Under the pieces are notes generated by a model that saw nothing but the letters and a program-made list of their open reading frames with translations, ran no database searches and was not told the DNA's origin. The translations under genes were made by a program, and so were the position numbers. A DNA stretch of 64,000 nucleotides from Clostridia bacterium. Its GTDB lineage: Bacteria; Bacillota; Clostridia; Oscillospirales; CAG-272. Where the stretch lies: assembly GCA_017517035.1 (NCBI GenBank), contig JAFXAN010000122.1:16201-80200 (forward strand). The letters are read 5' to 3'. Below are positions 36,222 through 46,269 of the stretch, one piece after another. Every line of letters starts with the position of its first letter. Within the stretch, counting starts at the first letter, position 1.

Positions 36222-36681
36222 TTTTGACCTCTTTTTTCTCTTCCGAAAAGAAGAAAACATAGATAAGAACAAGAACAGCACCAATGCAGACAAAGGAATC
36301 AGCACCATTGAAGATTGCAAAGTTTATAACTCTGAAATCTATGAAATCCACAACATAACCAAGCAGAAGCCTGTCTATCATGTTGCCGATTCCGCCACCG
36401 ACGATAAATGAAAGACCGAAAATCAGCCATTTATTTTTAGGTGGATATTTGACAAGATATATGATAAGTCCGATTATTGCAACCGTGGAGATCACAAGAA
36501 ACACCCAGCGGTTATTTTTCAGCATACCGAAAGCTGCACCCTCATTCTCAAGATAAGTGAGATGCAGAATATCTTTTATTATCGGAACTGTTTCAACCTT
36601 TGTGAGGTATTGAACGGCAAGCCACTTTGTTATCTGGTCGATAGCGATAACGGCAGCCATTATTATAAAGCAAATCAGCAT
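36205..36681 (-). CDS. lspA: lipoprotein signal peptidase II
   Basis: Start at MLICFIIMAAV, with GGAG 6 nt upstream. Motifs are NEGAAFG, GGGIGNMIDR and FNGADS. Confidence 0.85.
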   Translation of the reverse strand: MLICFIIMAAVIAIDQITKWLAVQYLTKVETVPIIKDILHLTYLENEGAAFGMLKNNRWVFLVISTVAIIGLIIYLVKYPPKNKWLIFGLSFIVGGGIGNMIDRLLLGYVVDFIDFRVINFAIFNGADSFVCIGAVLVLIYVFFFSEEKKEVKNDADS

Positions 36682-36691
36682 AAAAAACTCC

Positions 36692-36730
36692 AAAAAAACG
36701 GGATTTCCGATACAAGTACCGAAAATCCCG
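36692..36730 (-). terminator. rho-independent terminator after ileS
   Basis: On the minus strand, CGGGATTTTCGGTACTTGTATCGGAAATCCCG followed by TTTTTTT. It runs straight into the lspA RBS. Confidence 0.6.
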
Positions 36731-36750
36731 CATCGAATTATCAGCTTGGA

Positions 36751-39564
36751 TTAAGCAAGAAAATTAACTATCTTTTTGCAGCGAGCGCAAATGAAGCCGT
36801 CCTCATCAGCCTCGCAGTCATTTGAATAAGCCCAGCAGCGGTCGCATCTTGTGCCGCCTGCCTGCTCGACCTTAACTCCGATCCCCGATTCTGTCTCGCA
36901 GAACACGCCCTCGGGAGCGTTGTCGTTTACAAGCTCAACCTCGGAAACGATAAATACAGTCTTAAGCTCGTCAGCAAAATCGGTAAATGTAGCGAATATA
37001 TCCGCATCCTTTGCATAGACCGTAACCTTTGCATCAAGAGACTTACCGATGAGCTTCTCGGCTCTTGCAAGCTCGAGAGCCTTCATGATATCATCACGGA
37101 GAGAGAAGAGCTTGTTCCATCTTTCCTCAATGCCGGCAAATTCATAAGCAGTCTCATATTCGGGCATAGGATTGAGGAATACGCTTTCCTTCTTCTCGCT
37201 ATCGAGATGAGGCATAGCCTTCCAGATCTCCTCAGCGGTGAATGCAAGCATAGGAGCGATGAGTCTTGTGAGAGAGCTGAGAATGATGAACATTGCAGTC
37301 TGAGCTGCTCTTCTGCCCTCGCTGTCCTTTCTTTCAACATAAACTCTGTCCTTTGTGATGTCGATATAGAGCTTGGAGAGAGTTGTTGTGCAGAAATTGC
37401 AAACATCGTGGTATAGAATATGGAATTCGTAGTTATTATAAGCATCACGGCAGGTCTTAACCAGCTTATTAAGCTCTGTGAGAGCCCATTTGTCGATCTC
37501 ATAAAGCTTGTTGGGGCTGACCATATCCTTATTGGGATCGAAATCTGTTGCAGGATCGCCAAGGTTAGCCATTATGATTCGAGCTGTGTTACGGATCTTT
37601 CTGTAAGCCTCGGAGAGCTGCTTGAAGATAGGATCGGAAACACGAACATCAACTCTGTAGTCACTTGAAGCAACCCAAAGACGGACAAGATCAGCACCGT
37701 ACTTTGTGATCACCTCTTCGGGGGCAATAGAGTTACCGAGAGACTTGTGCATTGCCTTGCCTTCGCCGTCAACGACCCAACCGTGAGTAAGAACAGTCTT
37801 AAAGGGAGCACCCTCGCCCTTTGCACCTACAGCGGTGAGAAGGGAAGACTGGAACCATCCTCTGTACTGGTCTGCACCCTCAAGGTACATATCTGCGGGC
37901 CATTTTTGCTCGTCATTGTTTTCGATAACTGCAAAATGAGTTGAACCGGAATCGAACCAACCGTCAAGTGTGTCTGTTTCCTGAGTGAAGTGAACTCCGC
38001 CGCAGTGAGGACACTTAAAGGATGCAGGGAGTATTTCGCTTGCTTCCTTCTTATACCAAGCATTTGAGCCTTCCGCACCGAAGAGAGCGGAAACTGCTTC
38101 TATTGTTTCGTCGGTACAAACCGGCTTCTTGCAATCCTCGCAATAGAATACGGGGATAGGAAGACCCCAATGTCTCTGTCTTGAAATGCACCAATCGGCT
38201 CTTTCACGGATCATGGAGACCATTCTGTCGCCACCCCATGCGGGAAGCCATTCAACATCCTCGCAAGCCTTTGCAGCTTCTTCCTTAAATGCGTCAACCG
38301 AGCAGAACCACTGAGGAGTTGCACGGAAGATGATGGGGTGCTTGCATCTCCAGCAGTGAGGATACTGGTGCATGATCTCCTCGGAAGCGAAGAGCGCACC
38401 GCTTTCCTTCATGTCATCAAGGATCGCCTTGTTGGAATCCTCATAGTACATTCCTGCAAACTTTCCTGCGTCCTCTGTCTGATAACCTCTGTCATCAACG
38501 GGAACGATGATATCCATATTATAGCGGCGGCAGGTCACATAGTCATCAGCACCAAAGCCGGGAGCTGTGTGTACGCAGCCTGTACCGCTGTCCATTGTAA
38601 CATAATCTGCATTAACAACAACGCTTTCTCTGTCGATGAAGGGATGAGAAGCCTTCATAAATTCAAAATCGCGTCCGCGCATAGACTTAACAAATTCGTA
38701 GCTCTCAATGCCGCCTGCCTTCATTGTTTTTCCGGCAAGAGCGGAAGCAACGATATAGAAATTGCCGTCGGAAGCCTTGACAACAGAATATTCCTCATCG
38801 GGATGAAGAGCGATTGCAAGGTTGCCGGGGAGAGTCCATGTTGTTGTTGTCCAGATGATAAAATATGTCTTCTGAAGGTCACAAACATCAGCGATCTTGC
38901 CCATGTCATCCTTTATCTTGAATTTTACATAGATAGATGTGCAGGAGATATCCTTATATTCGATTTCTGCCTCTGCAAGAGCTGTCTCGCAATGGTTACA
39001 CCAATAAACAGGCTTAAGACCCTTATAGATATAACCCTTTTTGAACATTTCTCCGAAGACCTTGACCTCACGAGCTTCAAATTTGGGATCCATTGTGAGA
39101 TAAGGCTTTTCCCAGTCGGCAGTAACACCGAGACGCTTGAACTGACCCATCTGAATATCAACGAAGTTCTGCGCAAATTCATGGCAGGCGCTTCTGAATT
39201 CGGGGATGGACATCTTCTTGCGGTCGATCTTGTTCTTCTTTATGATAGCACTTTCGATAGGCATACCATGGTTATCCCAACCGGGGGTATAGGGAACGCT
39301 ATATCCCATCATGTGCTTTGATTTGTTGATAAAATCCTTCAGGATCTTGTTCATTGCGGTTCCCATATGGATATTTCCGTTGGAGAAGGGAGGTCCGTCA
39401 TGAAGAACATAGAGAGGCTTACCCTTATTTTCCTCAAGCATCTTGCTATAGAGGTCGATGCTTTCCCAATACTTGATGGTGTCAGGCTCTCTCTGGGGCA
39501 GATTTGCTCTCATAGAGAAGCCTGTTTGGGGCAAATTCAGTGTACTTGTGTAGTCCTTTGGCAT
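36751..39564 (-). CDS. ileS: isoleucine--tRNA ligase (type 1, with C-terminal Zn finger)
   Basis: HIGH-type motif PFSNGNIHMGT, KMSKS-type KMHKSLGN, and C-terminal CDRCW...CARC. Length is 937 aa. Confidence 0.95.
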   Translation of the reverse strand: MPKDYTSTLNLPQTGFSMRANLPQREPDTIKYWESIDLYSKMLEENKGKPLYVLHDGPPFSNGNIHMGTAMNKILKDFINKSKHMMGYSVPYTPGWDNHGMPIESAIIKKNKIDRKKMSIPEFRSACHEFAQNFVDIQMGQFKRLGVTADWEKPYLTMDPKFEAREVKVFGEMFKKGYIYKGLKPVYWCNHCETALAEAEIEYKDISCTSIYVKFKIKDDMGKIADVCDLQKTYFIIWTTTTWTLPGNLAIALHPDEEYSVVKASDGNFYIVASALAGKTMKAGGIESYEFVKSMRGRDFEFMKASHPFIDRESVVVNADYVTMDSGTGCVHTAPGFGADDYVTCRRYNMDIIVPVDDRGYQTEDAGKFAGMYYEDSNKAILDDMKESGALFASEEIMHQYPHCWRCKHPIIFRATPQWFCSVDAFKEEAAKACEDVEWLPAWGGDRMVSMIRERADWCISRQRHWGLPIPVFYCEDCKKPVCTDETIEAVSALFGAEGSNAWYKKEASEILPASFKCPHCGGVHFTQETDTLDGWFDSGSTHFAVIENNDEQKWPADMYLEGADQYRGWFQSSLLTAVGAKGEGAPFKTVLTHGWVVDGEGKAMHKSLGNSIAPEEVITKYGADLVRLWVASSDYRVDVRVSDPIFKQLSEAYRKIRNTARIIMANLGDPATDFDPNKDMVSPNKLYEIDKWALTELNKLVKTCRDAYNNYEFHILYHDVCNFCTTTLSKLYIDITKDRVYVERKDSEGRRAAQTAMFIILSSLTRLIAPMLAFTAEEIWKAMPHLDSEKKESVFLNPMPEYETAYEFAGIEERWNKLFSLRDDIMKALELARAEKLIGKSLDAKVTVYAKDADIFATFTDFADELKTVFIVSEVELVNDNAPEGVFCETESGIGVKVEQAGGTRCDRCWAYSNDCEADEDGFICARCKKIVNFLA

Positions 39565-39581
39565 AATTAAGGTCTCCTTAT

Positions 39582-40478
39582 TTATATATGTGGTGTTGTT
39601 TTCTTTTTTATAACTTTTTTGTTTATCTCGTCGAGCGAGCTTTTCATCTGTGACATTTTTGAACCGATGACAGGTTTGTTGCTTTCGTAAAAAATCACAT
39701 CATCGTCAGTGCTGTCCTCATCTGAACTGTCGAGATCATAAGGCGTCATCTGCGGCTCCTCAACGATCTCAACTTCATCATCCTCCACATCTGTTGGGAG
39801 AATCGGTTCTGTTGGTGTTTGCGGCTGAGCTTCCTCAAAAAAAGCATCAAGCTCGGCAATTTCTGTATCAACATTATCAATTATCGGACGCATTTTCGGA
39901 AGGTCATGGGGAAGAGCGGGGCTTGCTGCAAATGAATCCACCCTATCAAGCATTGCACCGAGCTTTTCTTTGATATTATCGCAGAATTCATTATAGCAGA
40001 TGTCAAGCTTTTCTATAAGAGCACGCCTTTTTTCGATCTCAATATCGAATTTACGCATTTCCTCCTCATGCTTTCTCTTTGCTTCTTCTGCAATGATATC
40101 AGCTTTAGCCTCGGCTCTTGCAATGATCTCGGAAGAGGATGATTTTGCTTTTGTGATCATGTCCCTCGCTTCGCCGAATTTTTCCCTATATCCGTTATAA
40201 AGACCTTCAACGCTTGCAACTCTATCGCTTATTTCCTTAAGCTTTCTTTGAAGCTCTTCTTTTTCTGTAAGAAGCTCGGATATGTAATTATTCAGAGAAG
40301 TTTTGTCGTCGATAAGGTCGTTATTTGCAATTTCAAATTCACGGTTTGCATCCTCAAGCTCGTCGCAATAGCGCAAAAGGGCATCAAGAGCGGCGTCAAC
40401 CTCTTCGGTATTGTAACCGCGCATACTTTTGTTGAATTTTCTGTCAAAAGTTTCCGAAACGCTCACTTTACACCTCAT
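39582..40478 (-). CDS. divIVA: DivIVA-domain cell-division protein
   Basis: FDRKFNKSMRGYNTEEVDAALD is followed by a long coiled coil. TAATG overlap with ylmH. Confidence 0.8.
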   Translation of the reverse strand: MRCKVSVSETFDRKFNKSMRGYNTEEVDAALDALLRYCDELEDANREFEIANNDLIDDKTSLNNYISELLTEKEELQRKLKEISDRVASVEGLYNGYREKFGEARDMITKAKSSSSEIIARAEAKADIIAEEAKRKHEEEMRKFDIEIEKRRALIEKLDICYNEFCDNIKEKLGAMLDRVDSFAASPALPHDLPKMRPIIDNVDTEIAELDAFFEEAQPQTPTEPILPTDVEDDEVEIVEEPQMTPYDLDSSDEDSTDDDVIFYESNKPVIGSKMSQMKSSLDEINKKVIKKKTTPHI

Positions 40479-41284
40479 TAAATATATTTTCTTGCGGCAA
40501 GTCTGATCCTGCCTTTTTTTGTTTCCTCTGTGATAGAATCAATGATAAATTTTCCCGTACCTCTTATTGTGACGGTATCGCCCTCCAAAACTCTCAGATC
40601 TGTTCTTTCTGAAACAGAATAATTGCATTCAACAAGTCCGGAGAGGATAAGCGTTTTAGCTTTTTCTCGGCTTTCGGATGAGAGTGCGGAAACGACGCAA
40701 TCAAGTCTGTCAGAAGCCACCGTGTCACTTATAGGCTTTGTTTTCCTTTCAAAAGAGAAATTTCCAGAGAGAGGTATCTCCTCTGTTTTCACCTTGTCCG
40801 AGCCTATTCTTTCACAGCCTGTAAGCACAAGAGAGGCAACGGAAGCATTTGCAAAAAGCACGCAGGTGTTATCTTCTGTTATGCACAGATCGCCGATTGC
40901 ACTTCGCTCAATTCCCATATTGAGAAGGGCGCCGAGAAAATCTCGGTGAGAAAGCTTTCTATATCCGCTTCCTTTGATCTTGACGGCTTTAACAGCTTCA
41001 GAAAGCTCACCTTCGAGAACAGAAAAGACATTTTCAAAATCATCAATATCCTCGATGATATCCGAATAAAACTCCGGCAGAAAAAAAGCGCATTTTCTCT
41101 CGGCATCTTTATATCCGCCATAAAGGAAGCAAAGACCCTTTGCTCCTATTTGATTTATGAGCGCTTTTGAGAAAAATATCTCTGCTGGATCGAGAAAGGA
41201 AGAAAAGGTAATATATCCTCTTTGGCTTTCGGAAAAAAGGTCCGAAAGTCTTGCTGAAAGCTGTTTTATCTTTTTTTCATCCAT
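40478..41284 (-). CDS. YlmH-family RNA-binding (S4 domain) protein
   Basis: It sits between yggT and divIVA, and the C-terminal RLDCVVSALS...LILSGLVECN is S4-like. Confidence 0.7.
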   Translation of the reverse strand: MDEKKIKQLSARLSDLFSESQRGYITFSSFLDPAEIFFSKALINQIGAKGLCFLYGGYKDAERKCAFFLPEFYSDIIEDIDDFENVFSVLEGELSEAVKAVKIKGSGYRKLSHRDFLGALLNMGIERSAIGDLCITEDNTCVLFANASVASLVLTGCERIGSDKVKTEEIPLSGNFSFERKTKPISDTVASDRLDCVVSALSSESREKAKTLILSGLVECNYSVSERTDLRVLEGDTVTIRGTGKFIIDSITEETKKGRIRLAARKYI

Positions 41285-41555
41285 AAGCCGAAAGAATTGT
41301 TGATAAAATTGAGACTATAACTGCTGTAATAAGAAGCGGGATATCAATCGGCAGCATACTTATTGAATCAAATTTCTCAAGAAGTGCTCGCACAGGCATG
41401 ATGACAGGCTCTGTTACAGCATAGAAAAAGGCATCAATTTTATTATCCTCATCAAGTGGGATCCAAGAAAGGATAACTCTGATGAGAATGGCGAGGCTGA
41501 GAAAATCAAATGCAATAAGGCAAATTCTCGTAACAATAAAGGTTACTGTTTCCAA
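41277..41555 (-). CDS. YggT-family membrane protein
   Basis: 92 aa with two TM segments, RVILSWIP and a PV..P pattern. Confidence 0.75.
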   Translation of the reverse strand: METVTFIVTRICLIAFDFLSLAILIRVILSWIPLDEDNKIDAFFYAVTEPVIMPVRALLEKFDSISMLPIDIPLLITAVIVSILSTILSAYG

Positions 41556-41675
41556 GATATCCTCCTAAAACCGATAACGACAGCCGACAAAAATCCGGGG
41601 AAACGACTGCCGTTATCACGATACGACAATTTGCACCCCATAAAATGCGGCGCAAATCGTTATGAAATATTTAGA

Positions 41676-42206
41676 TTAATAACCGAAAAATCCGTTATTC
41701 TGAACAGGCTCTTCGATCTGCTGGGGCTGTGCGGGAGCAGCAGCTGCCTTATCATTGCTGATTGCAACGTTCTGAGGAGTGATAACGTATGCATTGTTAG
41801 CAACCTTCTTGATCTCGCCGCCGATGGAATAAGCAACTCCGAAAAGGAAGTCGATAAGTCTTCTTGCTGTGTCCTTATCAGCATCCTCAAGGTTAAGTAC
41901 AACAGTGCGTGTGCTGAGAAGGTGGTCAGCAATAGCAGGACCGTCCTTGAACTCTGTGGGCTTAACGACCTTAAGCTCAATAGCAGCACCGTTGAGGGAC
42001 ATTCCGCCACCCATAGGATTTGAGGAGGGCTGAGGAGGAGTATAAGCAAATGCCTGAGGCTGCATCTGGGGCTGAGGATCCATCATCGGCTCCTCTGCGG
42101 GCATTTCATCATAACCACCCTCGTAGTTATCGTAGTAGTCATCGTAGTTGTCTGCATAAGCATCGTTTGTCTGATTGTTTCTCTTGAATTTATCCAACAC
42201 TCCCAT
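41676..42206 (-). CDS. sepF: cell division protein SepF
   Basis: The C-terminal domain reads VVKPTEFKDGPAIADHLLSTRTVVLNLEDADKDTARRLIDFLFGVAYSIGG. Confidence 0.85.
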   Translation of the reverse strand: MGVLDKFKRNNQTNDAYADNYDDYYDNYEGGYDEMPAEEPMMDPQPQMQPQAFAYTPPQPSSNPMGGGMSLNGAAIELKVVKPTEFKDGPAIADHLLSTRTVVLNLEDADKDTARRLIDFLFGVAYSIGGEIKKVANNAYVITPQNVAISNDKAAAAPAQPQQIEEPVQNNGFFGY

Positions 42207-42237
42207 GGTTGAATCCTCCGTTTATGTTTTTTATTTA

Positions 42238-42930
42238 TTATTTTTGAAAAAAGCTTCTGCCGATCCTGACGATAGTGGAACCGCAAGCGATAGCCTCCTC
42301 AAAGCTTTCGCTCATTCCCATCGAAAAGACAGGCTCTATATTATTATGAACGATTTTTCTCCAAATGTCAAGGAAAAGTTTATAAGTTTCTTCAAAAAAT
42401 TTCAAATAATCGCATTTTTCTTCACATTTTGGTGCCATTGTCATGCAACCACGCAAATTTAGTGACGAAAAATTCATAATCTGTTCACAAAACTCCTCGA
42501 CATCCTCCGGCATGATTCCGCCTTTGTTTTCCTCTCTGCCGCAGTTTATCTCCACCAGGACATCCATCACGATGCCGTGCTTTTTTGCCTGCTTGTCAAT
42601 TTCGGCTGCAAGCTTGAGACTGTCAAGAGAATGGATCATGCAAACCTTGTCGATAATGTATTTCACCTTGTTTGTTTGAAGTGAGCCGATAAAATGTATG
42701 TTGGTTTTCTCTTTGTCTATATGCTCATAGTGTTCAAGAAGCTGCTGAACTCTGTTTTCACCGATGTCTCTGATGCCAACCTTTTCGGTCAGATATTTAA
42801 GCTCAGCAATATCACAGTATTTAACCGCTGCGACCACAGATGTGCTCTGCCCGTATTTTGATGCGGCTTCGGCAGCCCTCACCCGTGCCAAAATCAGCTC
42901 GGCATTTTTATCAATATATTCAAATGACAT
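42238..42930 (-). CDS. YggS-family pyridoxal-phosphate homeostasis protein
   Basis: AVKY...GENRVQ, IGSLQTNKVK and a C-terminal VRIG pattern. Confidence 0.85.
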   Translation of the reverse strand: MSFEYIDKNAELILARVRAAEAASKYGQSTSVVAAVKYCDIAELKYLTEKVGIRDIGENRVQQLLEHYEHIDKEKTNIHFIGSLQTNKVKYIIDKVCMIHSLDSLKLAAEIDKQAKKHGIVMDVLVEINCGREENKGGIMPEDVEEFCEQIMNFSSLNLRGCMTMAPKCEEKCDYLKFFEETYKLFLDIWRKIVHNNIEPVFSMGMSESFEEAIACGSTIVRIGRSFFQK

Positions 42931-42947
42931 TTTTACCTCTTAAAAAA

Positions 42948-44267
42948 TCAATAAAATACCATTCCGTTTTCGAGACCTTTTCCCGAAACGATTATCCGAT
43001 CATAAAGGCTCAAATAGCCAAAGACCTTTTCTTCTTCCTGCGTTGATTCTGCTGAGGTGTCAACAGTACTATCAGTCTCTGTGACCTTCTCTGTTTTCAG
43101 AGGATCATCGCAGGAAACGATATAATGTCCTTCAACCTCAAGGAGAATATCAATTCGCTTAAAAACGACAGTGCTGCCGTAAAGGGTGTAAACACCCTCA
43201 TACCCGTCAATAATTCTGACAGCGGTTTTGGGGACTCTGAATCCTTTGGATTCGGAAAGAACGATTTCCACCGCCTGTGAACGCTGATAAGAAAAACCGC
43301 TTGGCATTTCGCTGCATGAAAAGACGGCAACGGCACGCTCGCCCGTGTCGGTCAGAACCTTTTCGGATGTGAGAACAAGCTCTGTTTCATAGTTGTAAGG
43401 AAAAACTCCGGAATATTTTTTGCCAACGGTGATTTCATCTGCCTTGTCCGCTTCGATCTCAAGTGCAATATACCACTTATGGTCTGTTGCGATTTTTCCT
43501 ATCGGATATCTTCCCTCGGGATTGCTTTGCAGGGAAGGACTTTGTGATGTGAGATTATCAAACGAGGAAAGCGTGAGTTCTTCAGCCGCATTTGCAGTGA
43601 AGAGGCTTTCATATCCGTCGATTCCGAAAAAGAAATATCCGCTTGTGTCGGAAAATACCGTTTCGCTTCTTCCGCTCAAATTAGAAGTCAGGCTTGCTTT
43701 TCTTGATTCAAGCGATGTTCTGACAGATGAAAAATCATTTTTTTCTCCAATGATGATCTGCCGGCGGTTCATCTGAGCAAGAAGTGCATTCATGGATTGC
43801 ATTGCGTGGCTGTATTTACCCTCGGAAATATTCTGAAGAATCAAATGGTAATAGGAACTGATGCGCTTGTCCACAGCATCTGTATCGGATTTTGCGGCTC
43901 CCTTTGGAAGCTCGCTGTCCTCAAGAACTGCCAGTTTTTCTTCGATTGAAGTCAGCTCCTCTCTTGCAGAGTAACCGGAAGAATCGGAAAATGTCTGTGC
44001 AACCTCCTGACCTATGCTGACCTTTCCTCCGTCGCTTGTGAGATATGCAACTGCACCGCTATATGATGAATAGAGATAGTGTTCATCTCTGAAGATATAG
44101 CAATCGCCGTAAATGACGGATTTTTTTGATTGGATCTCAGCCGCAATGGTTGTTATATCGGTGGTGAAGCCGTTTGCGAGATGGAAAACAAGGTAGACTA
44201 TAAAGGCAAGCGCAAGGACTGCCGAGAGGACATATAAGCCGACTTTTTTCAGATATTTAGTATCCAT
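42948..44267 (-). CDS. membrane-anchored protein, HlyD/membrane-fusion-like (tentative)
   Basis: Start at MDTKYLKK, with RBS AAGGAAAGG. It has one N-terminal TM segment and a barrel / coiled-coil / barrel layout. Family call is from memory only. Confidence 0.4.
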   Translation of the reverse strand: MDTKYLKKVGLYVLSAVLALAFIVYLVFHLANGFTTDITTIAAEIQSKKSVIYGDCYIFRDEHYLYSSYSGAVAYLTSDGGKVSIGQEVAQTFSDSSGYSAREELTSIEEKLAVLEDSELPKGAAKSDTDAVDKRISSYYHLILQNISEGKYSHAMQSMNALLAQMNRRQIIIGEKNDFSSVRTSLESRKASLTSNLSGRSETVFSDTSGYFFFGIDGYESLFTANAAEELTLSSFDNLTSQSPSLQSNPEGRYPIGKIATDHKWYIALEIEADKADEITVGKKYSGVFPYNYETELVLTSEKVLTDTGERAVAVFSCSEMPSGFSYQRSQAVEIVLSESKGFRVPKTAVRIIDGYEGVYTLYGSTVVFKRIDILLEVEGHYIVSCDDPLKTEKVTETDSTVDTSAESTQEEEKVFGYLSLYDRIIVSGKGLENGMVFY

Positions 44268-44298
44268 AAGCGCCTTTCCTTTATAAATAATCAAATAA

Positions 44299-45288
44299 CT
44301 AATTAATTATACCACAAAAATCAAAATTATTAAATAGAATTGAAGCATTGTTTACAATCTCTTCAAATGTTTTTGTTTGATGAGTATCTTTTTCCTCGGA
44401 AACCATGATCCAATTTATGTTTTTTCTTGCGCAGAACCAAGTCATCTGACGCTTTGCATAGTGTCTTGTATCAAGCTTAAGAGTGCTAAGAGCCTCTTCA
44501 AGTTCGCATTCACCCGAAAGATAAGGCAAAAGCTCCTTATATCCGATGGCCTGACCCGCTGTGGTGCTCGGGGAAAGAAGTCCTTTTTCATAAAGCTCTT
44601 TGGCTTCTGTCAATAGACCGTCCTTTATCATCATGTCAACACGCCTGTCAATTCGTTCATAAAGAATCTCACGGTTTTCGTACCCAAGACCAATTATGAG
44701 CGCATCGAATGCGTCCTCTTTTTCTCTTGAAAGCTCATCGAGACGGGTTTTGGTCATTCCCGTGGTGTGGAAGACCTCAAGGGCTCGGATAACTCTTCTT
44801 ATATTGTTTGGATGGATAGCAAATGCGGCATCGGGATCGACCTCCATGAGCTTTGCGTGAAGAGCTTCTGCGCCGTTTATATCGGCAAAAAGTTGCATCT
44901 CATCACGAAATGCGGGATCGCTTTCCGCACCATCGTCACGAATGCCTCTGAGAAGGCTGTCAAGATAAAGCCCCGTGCCTCCGCAAAGGATCGGAAGCTT
45001 GCCTCTTGAGATTATGTCATTTATTGAGGAGAGTGCCATTTCCGCATAATCGGTGCAGCTGAATTTTCTGTCCGGCTCGCAAATGTCGATCATGTGGTGC
45101 GGAACGCCATCCATTTCCTCCAATGTGGGCTTTGCTGTGCCTATGTCCATTCCCTTATATATCTGCATCGAGTCGCAGGAAACGATCTCGCCGCCGAATT
45201 TTTTCGCAAGCGCAATGGAAAGAGCGGTCTTACCGCTTGCGGTAGCTCCCACGATTGCAGCAATTTTGATTTTTTGTTTACTCGACAC
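44299..45288 (-). CDS. miaA: tRNA dimethylallyltransferase
   Basis: Supported by IVGATASGKTALSIALAKKFGGEIVSCDSMQIYKGMDIGTAKP. Confidence 0.9.
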   Translation of the reverse strand: MSSKQKIKIAAIVGATASGKTALSIALAKKFGGEIVSCDSMQIYKGMDIGTAKPTLEEMDGVPHHMIDICEPDRKFSCTDYAEMALSSINDIISRGKLPILCGGTGLYLDSLLRGIRDDGAESDPAFRDEMQLFADINGAEALHAKLMEVDPDAAFAIHPNNIRRVIRALEVFHTTGMTKTRLDELSREKEDAFDALIIGLGYENREILYERIDRRVDMMIKDGLLTEAKELYEKGLLSPSTTAGQAIGYKELLPYLSGECELEEALSTLKLDTRHYAKRQMTWFCARKNINWIMVSEEKDTHQTKTFEEIVNNASILFNNFDFCGIIN

Positions 45289-45350
45289 AAGATCACCTCA
45301 CAATGAAGATATTATATCATATATCGTCATAAAAAGCAATAAGGCAAAGA

Positions 45351-46118
45351 TCATTTTCTGAAATTTGTCGGGGATACGCCGTTGTGCTTTTTGAAGCAAT
45401 GGCTGAAGCTGTAAATATCGTAAAATCCGCAATCCTCGGCGATCTCTCCGATGCTCTTTGATGTGCTTTCAAGAAGAAGCTCTGCTTGATTTATTCTGAA
45501 TTCCTGCAGAAAACTATAGGGAGTTTTTCCGAAAGCCTCGAGGAAAACACGCCTGAACTGCTTTTCACTCATGTTGCAAAGCGGAGCAAGATCGCTTGTT
45601 TTAAGGTTGGGATCATTATAACTTTCGCTGAGAAAATTTACAGCGATTTCAATTCTTTCCAAAGCGGTTTTATGTCTTTTGGTAACAAATATATCACCAT
45701 ATAATTTTCCTATGATTTCCGATAGGTATCCGGCAAGAAGATTTTTATAACCGGGTTTTTTGAAGAAAAAACAATCATATGCTTTTTTGAAAAGTCCAAG
45801 ATATGATTTGTCAAAAACGCAGGATGTTGGAAAGGGAAGATTTTTCATCTCATCACCGAAAGAAAAATTGAAAACATAGTATTCGACTCTTTCGCATTCA
45901 AAGGCTCTGCTTTCATCTATACTTCCTTTTGAAACATAGCCTATATGGTCTTTTCTGACAATTTCACTTGCTCCGTTTTTCGTATATATCAGATTACCCT
46001 TTGTGACGAAAAAAATACTCTCATGATTTCTTGGCGTAGTCGCAAAATAAGGCTTTTCGGGAGTGAGATAATCTTTCATGATCTTGATGTCGTCTTGAAT
46101 TGGGTAGAAATAATCCAT
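45351..46118 (-). CDS. AraC-family transcriptional regulator
   Basis: Start at MDYFYP, with GAGGTGA 5 nt upstream. It has an N-terminal cupin-like domain and a C-terminal double HTH (SIGEIAEDCGFYDIYSFSHCFKKHNGVSP). Confidence 0.8.
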   Translation of the reverse strand: MDYFYPIQDDIKIMKDYLTPEKPYFATTPRNHESIFFVTKGNLIYTKNGASEIVRKDHIGYVSKGSIDESRAFECERVEYYVFNFSFGDEMKNLPFPTSCVFDKSYLGLFKKAYDCFFFKKPGYKNLLAGYLSEIIGKLYGDIFVTKRHKTALERIEIAVNFLSESYNDPNLKTSDLAPLCNMSEKQFRRVFLEAFGKTPYSFLQEFRINQAELLLESTSKSIGEIAEDCGFYDIYSFSHCFKKHNGVSPTNFRK

Positions 46119-46217
46119 AATAATCACCTCTGTTTTATTATACACCGAAAAAACAAAAAATCAATAGTTTTTTTTGAAAAAATATGTCCTTTTCAGACAA
46201 ATCAGCGTTTAGAAACA

Positions 46218-46246
46218 TTTACATATGTGTCAGTGAGCGTTATACT
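46218..46246 (+). promoter_or_regulatory. promoter TTTACA-17-TATACT
   Basis: Reads TTTACATATGTGTCAGTGAGCGTTATACT, upstream of the SDR gene. Confidence 0.4.
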
Positions 46247-46269
46247 AAAGAAAAAGGAGGCGATATACC

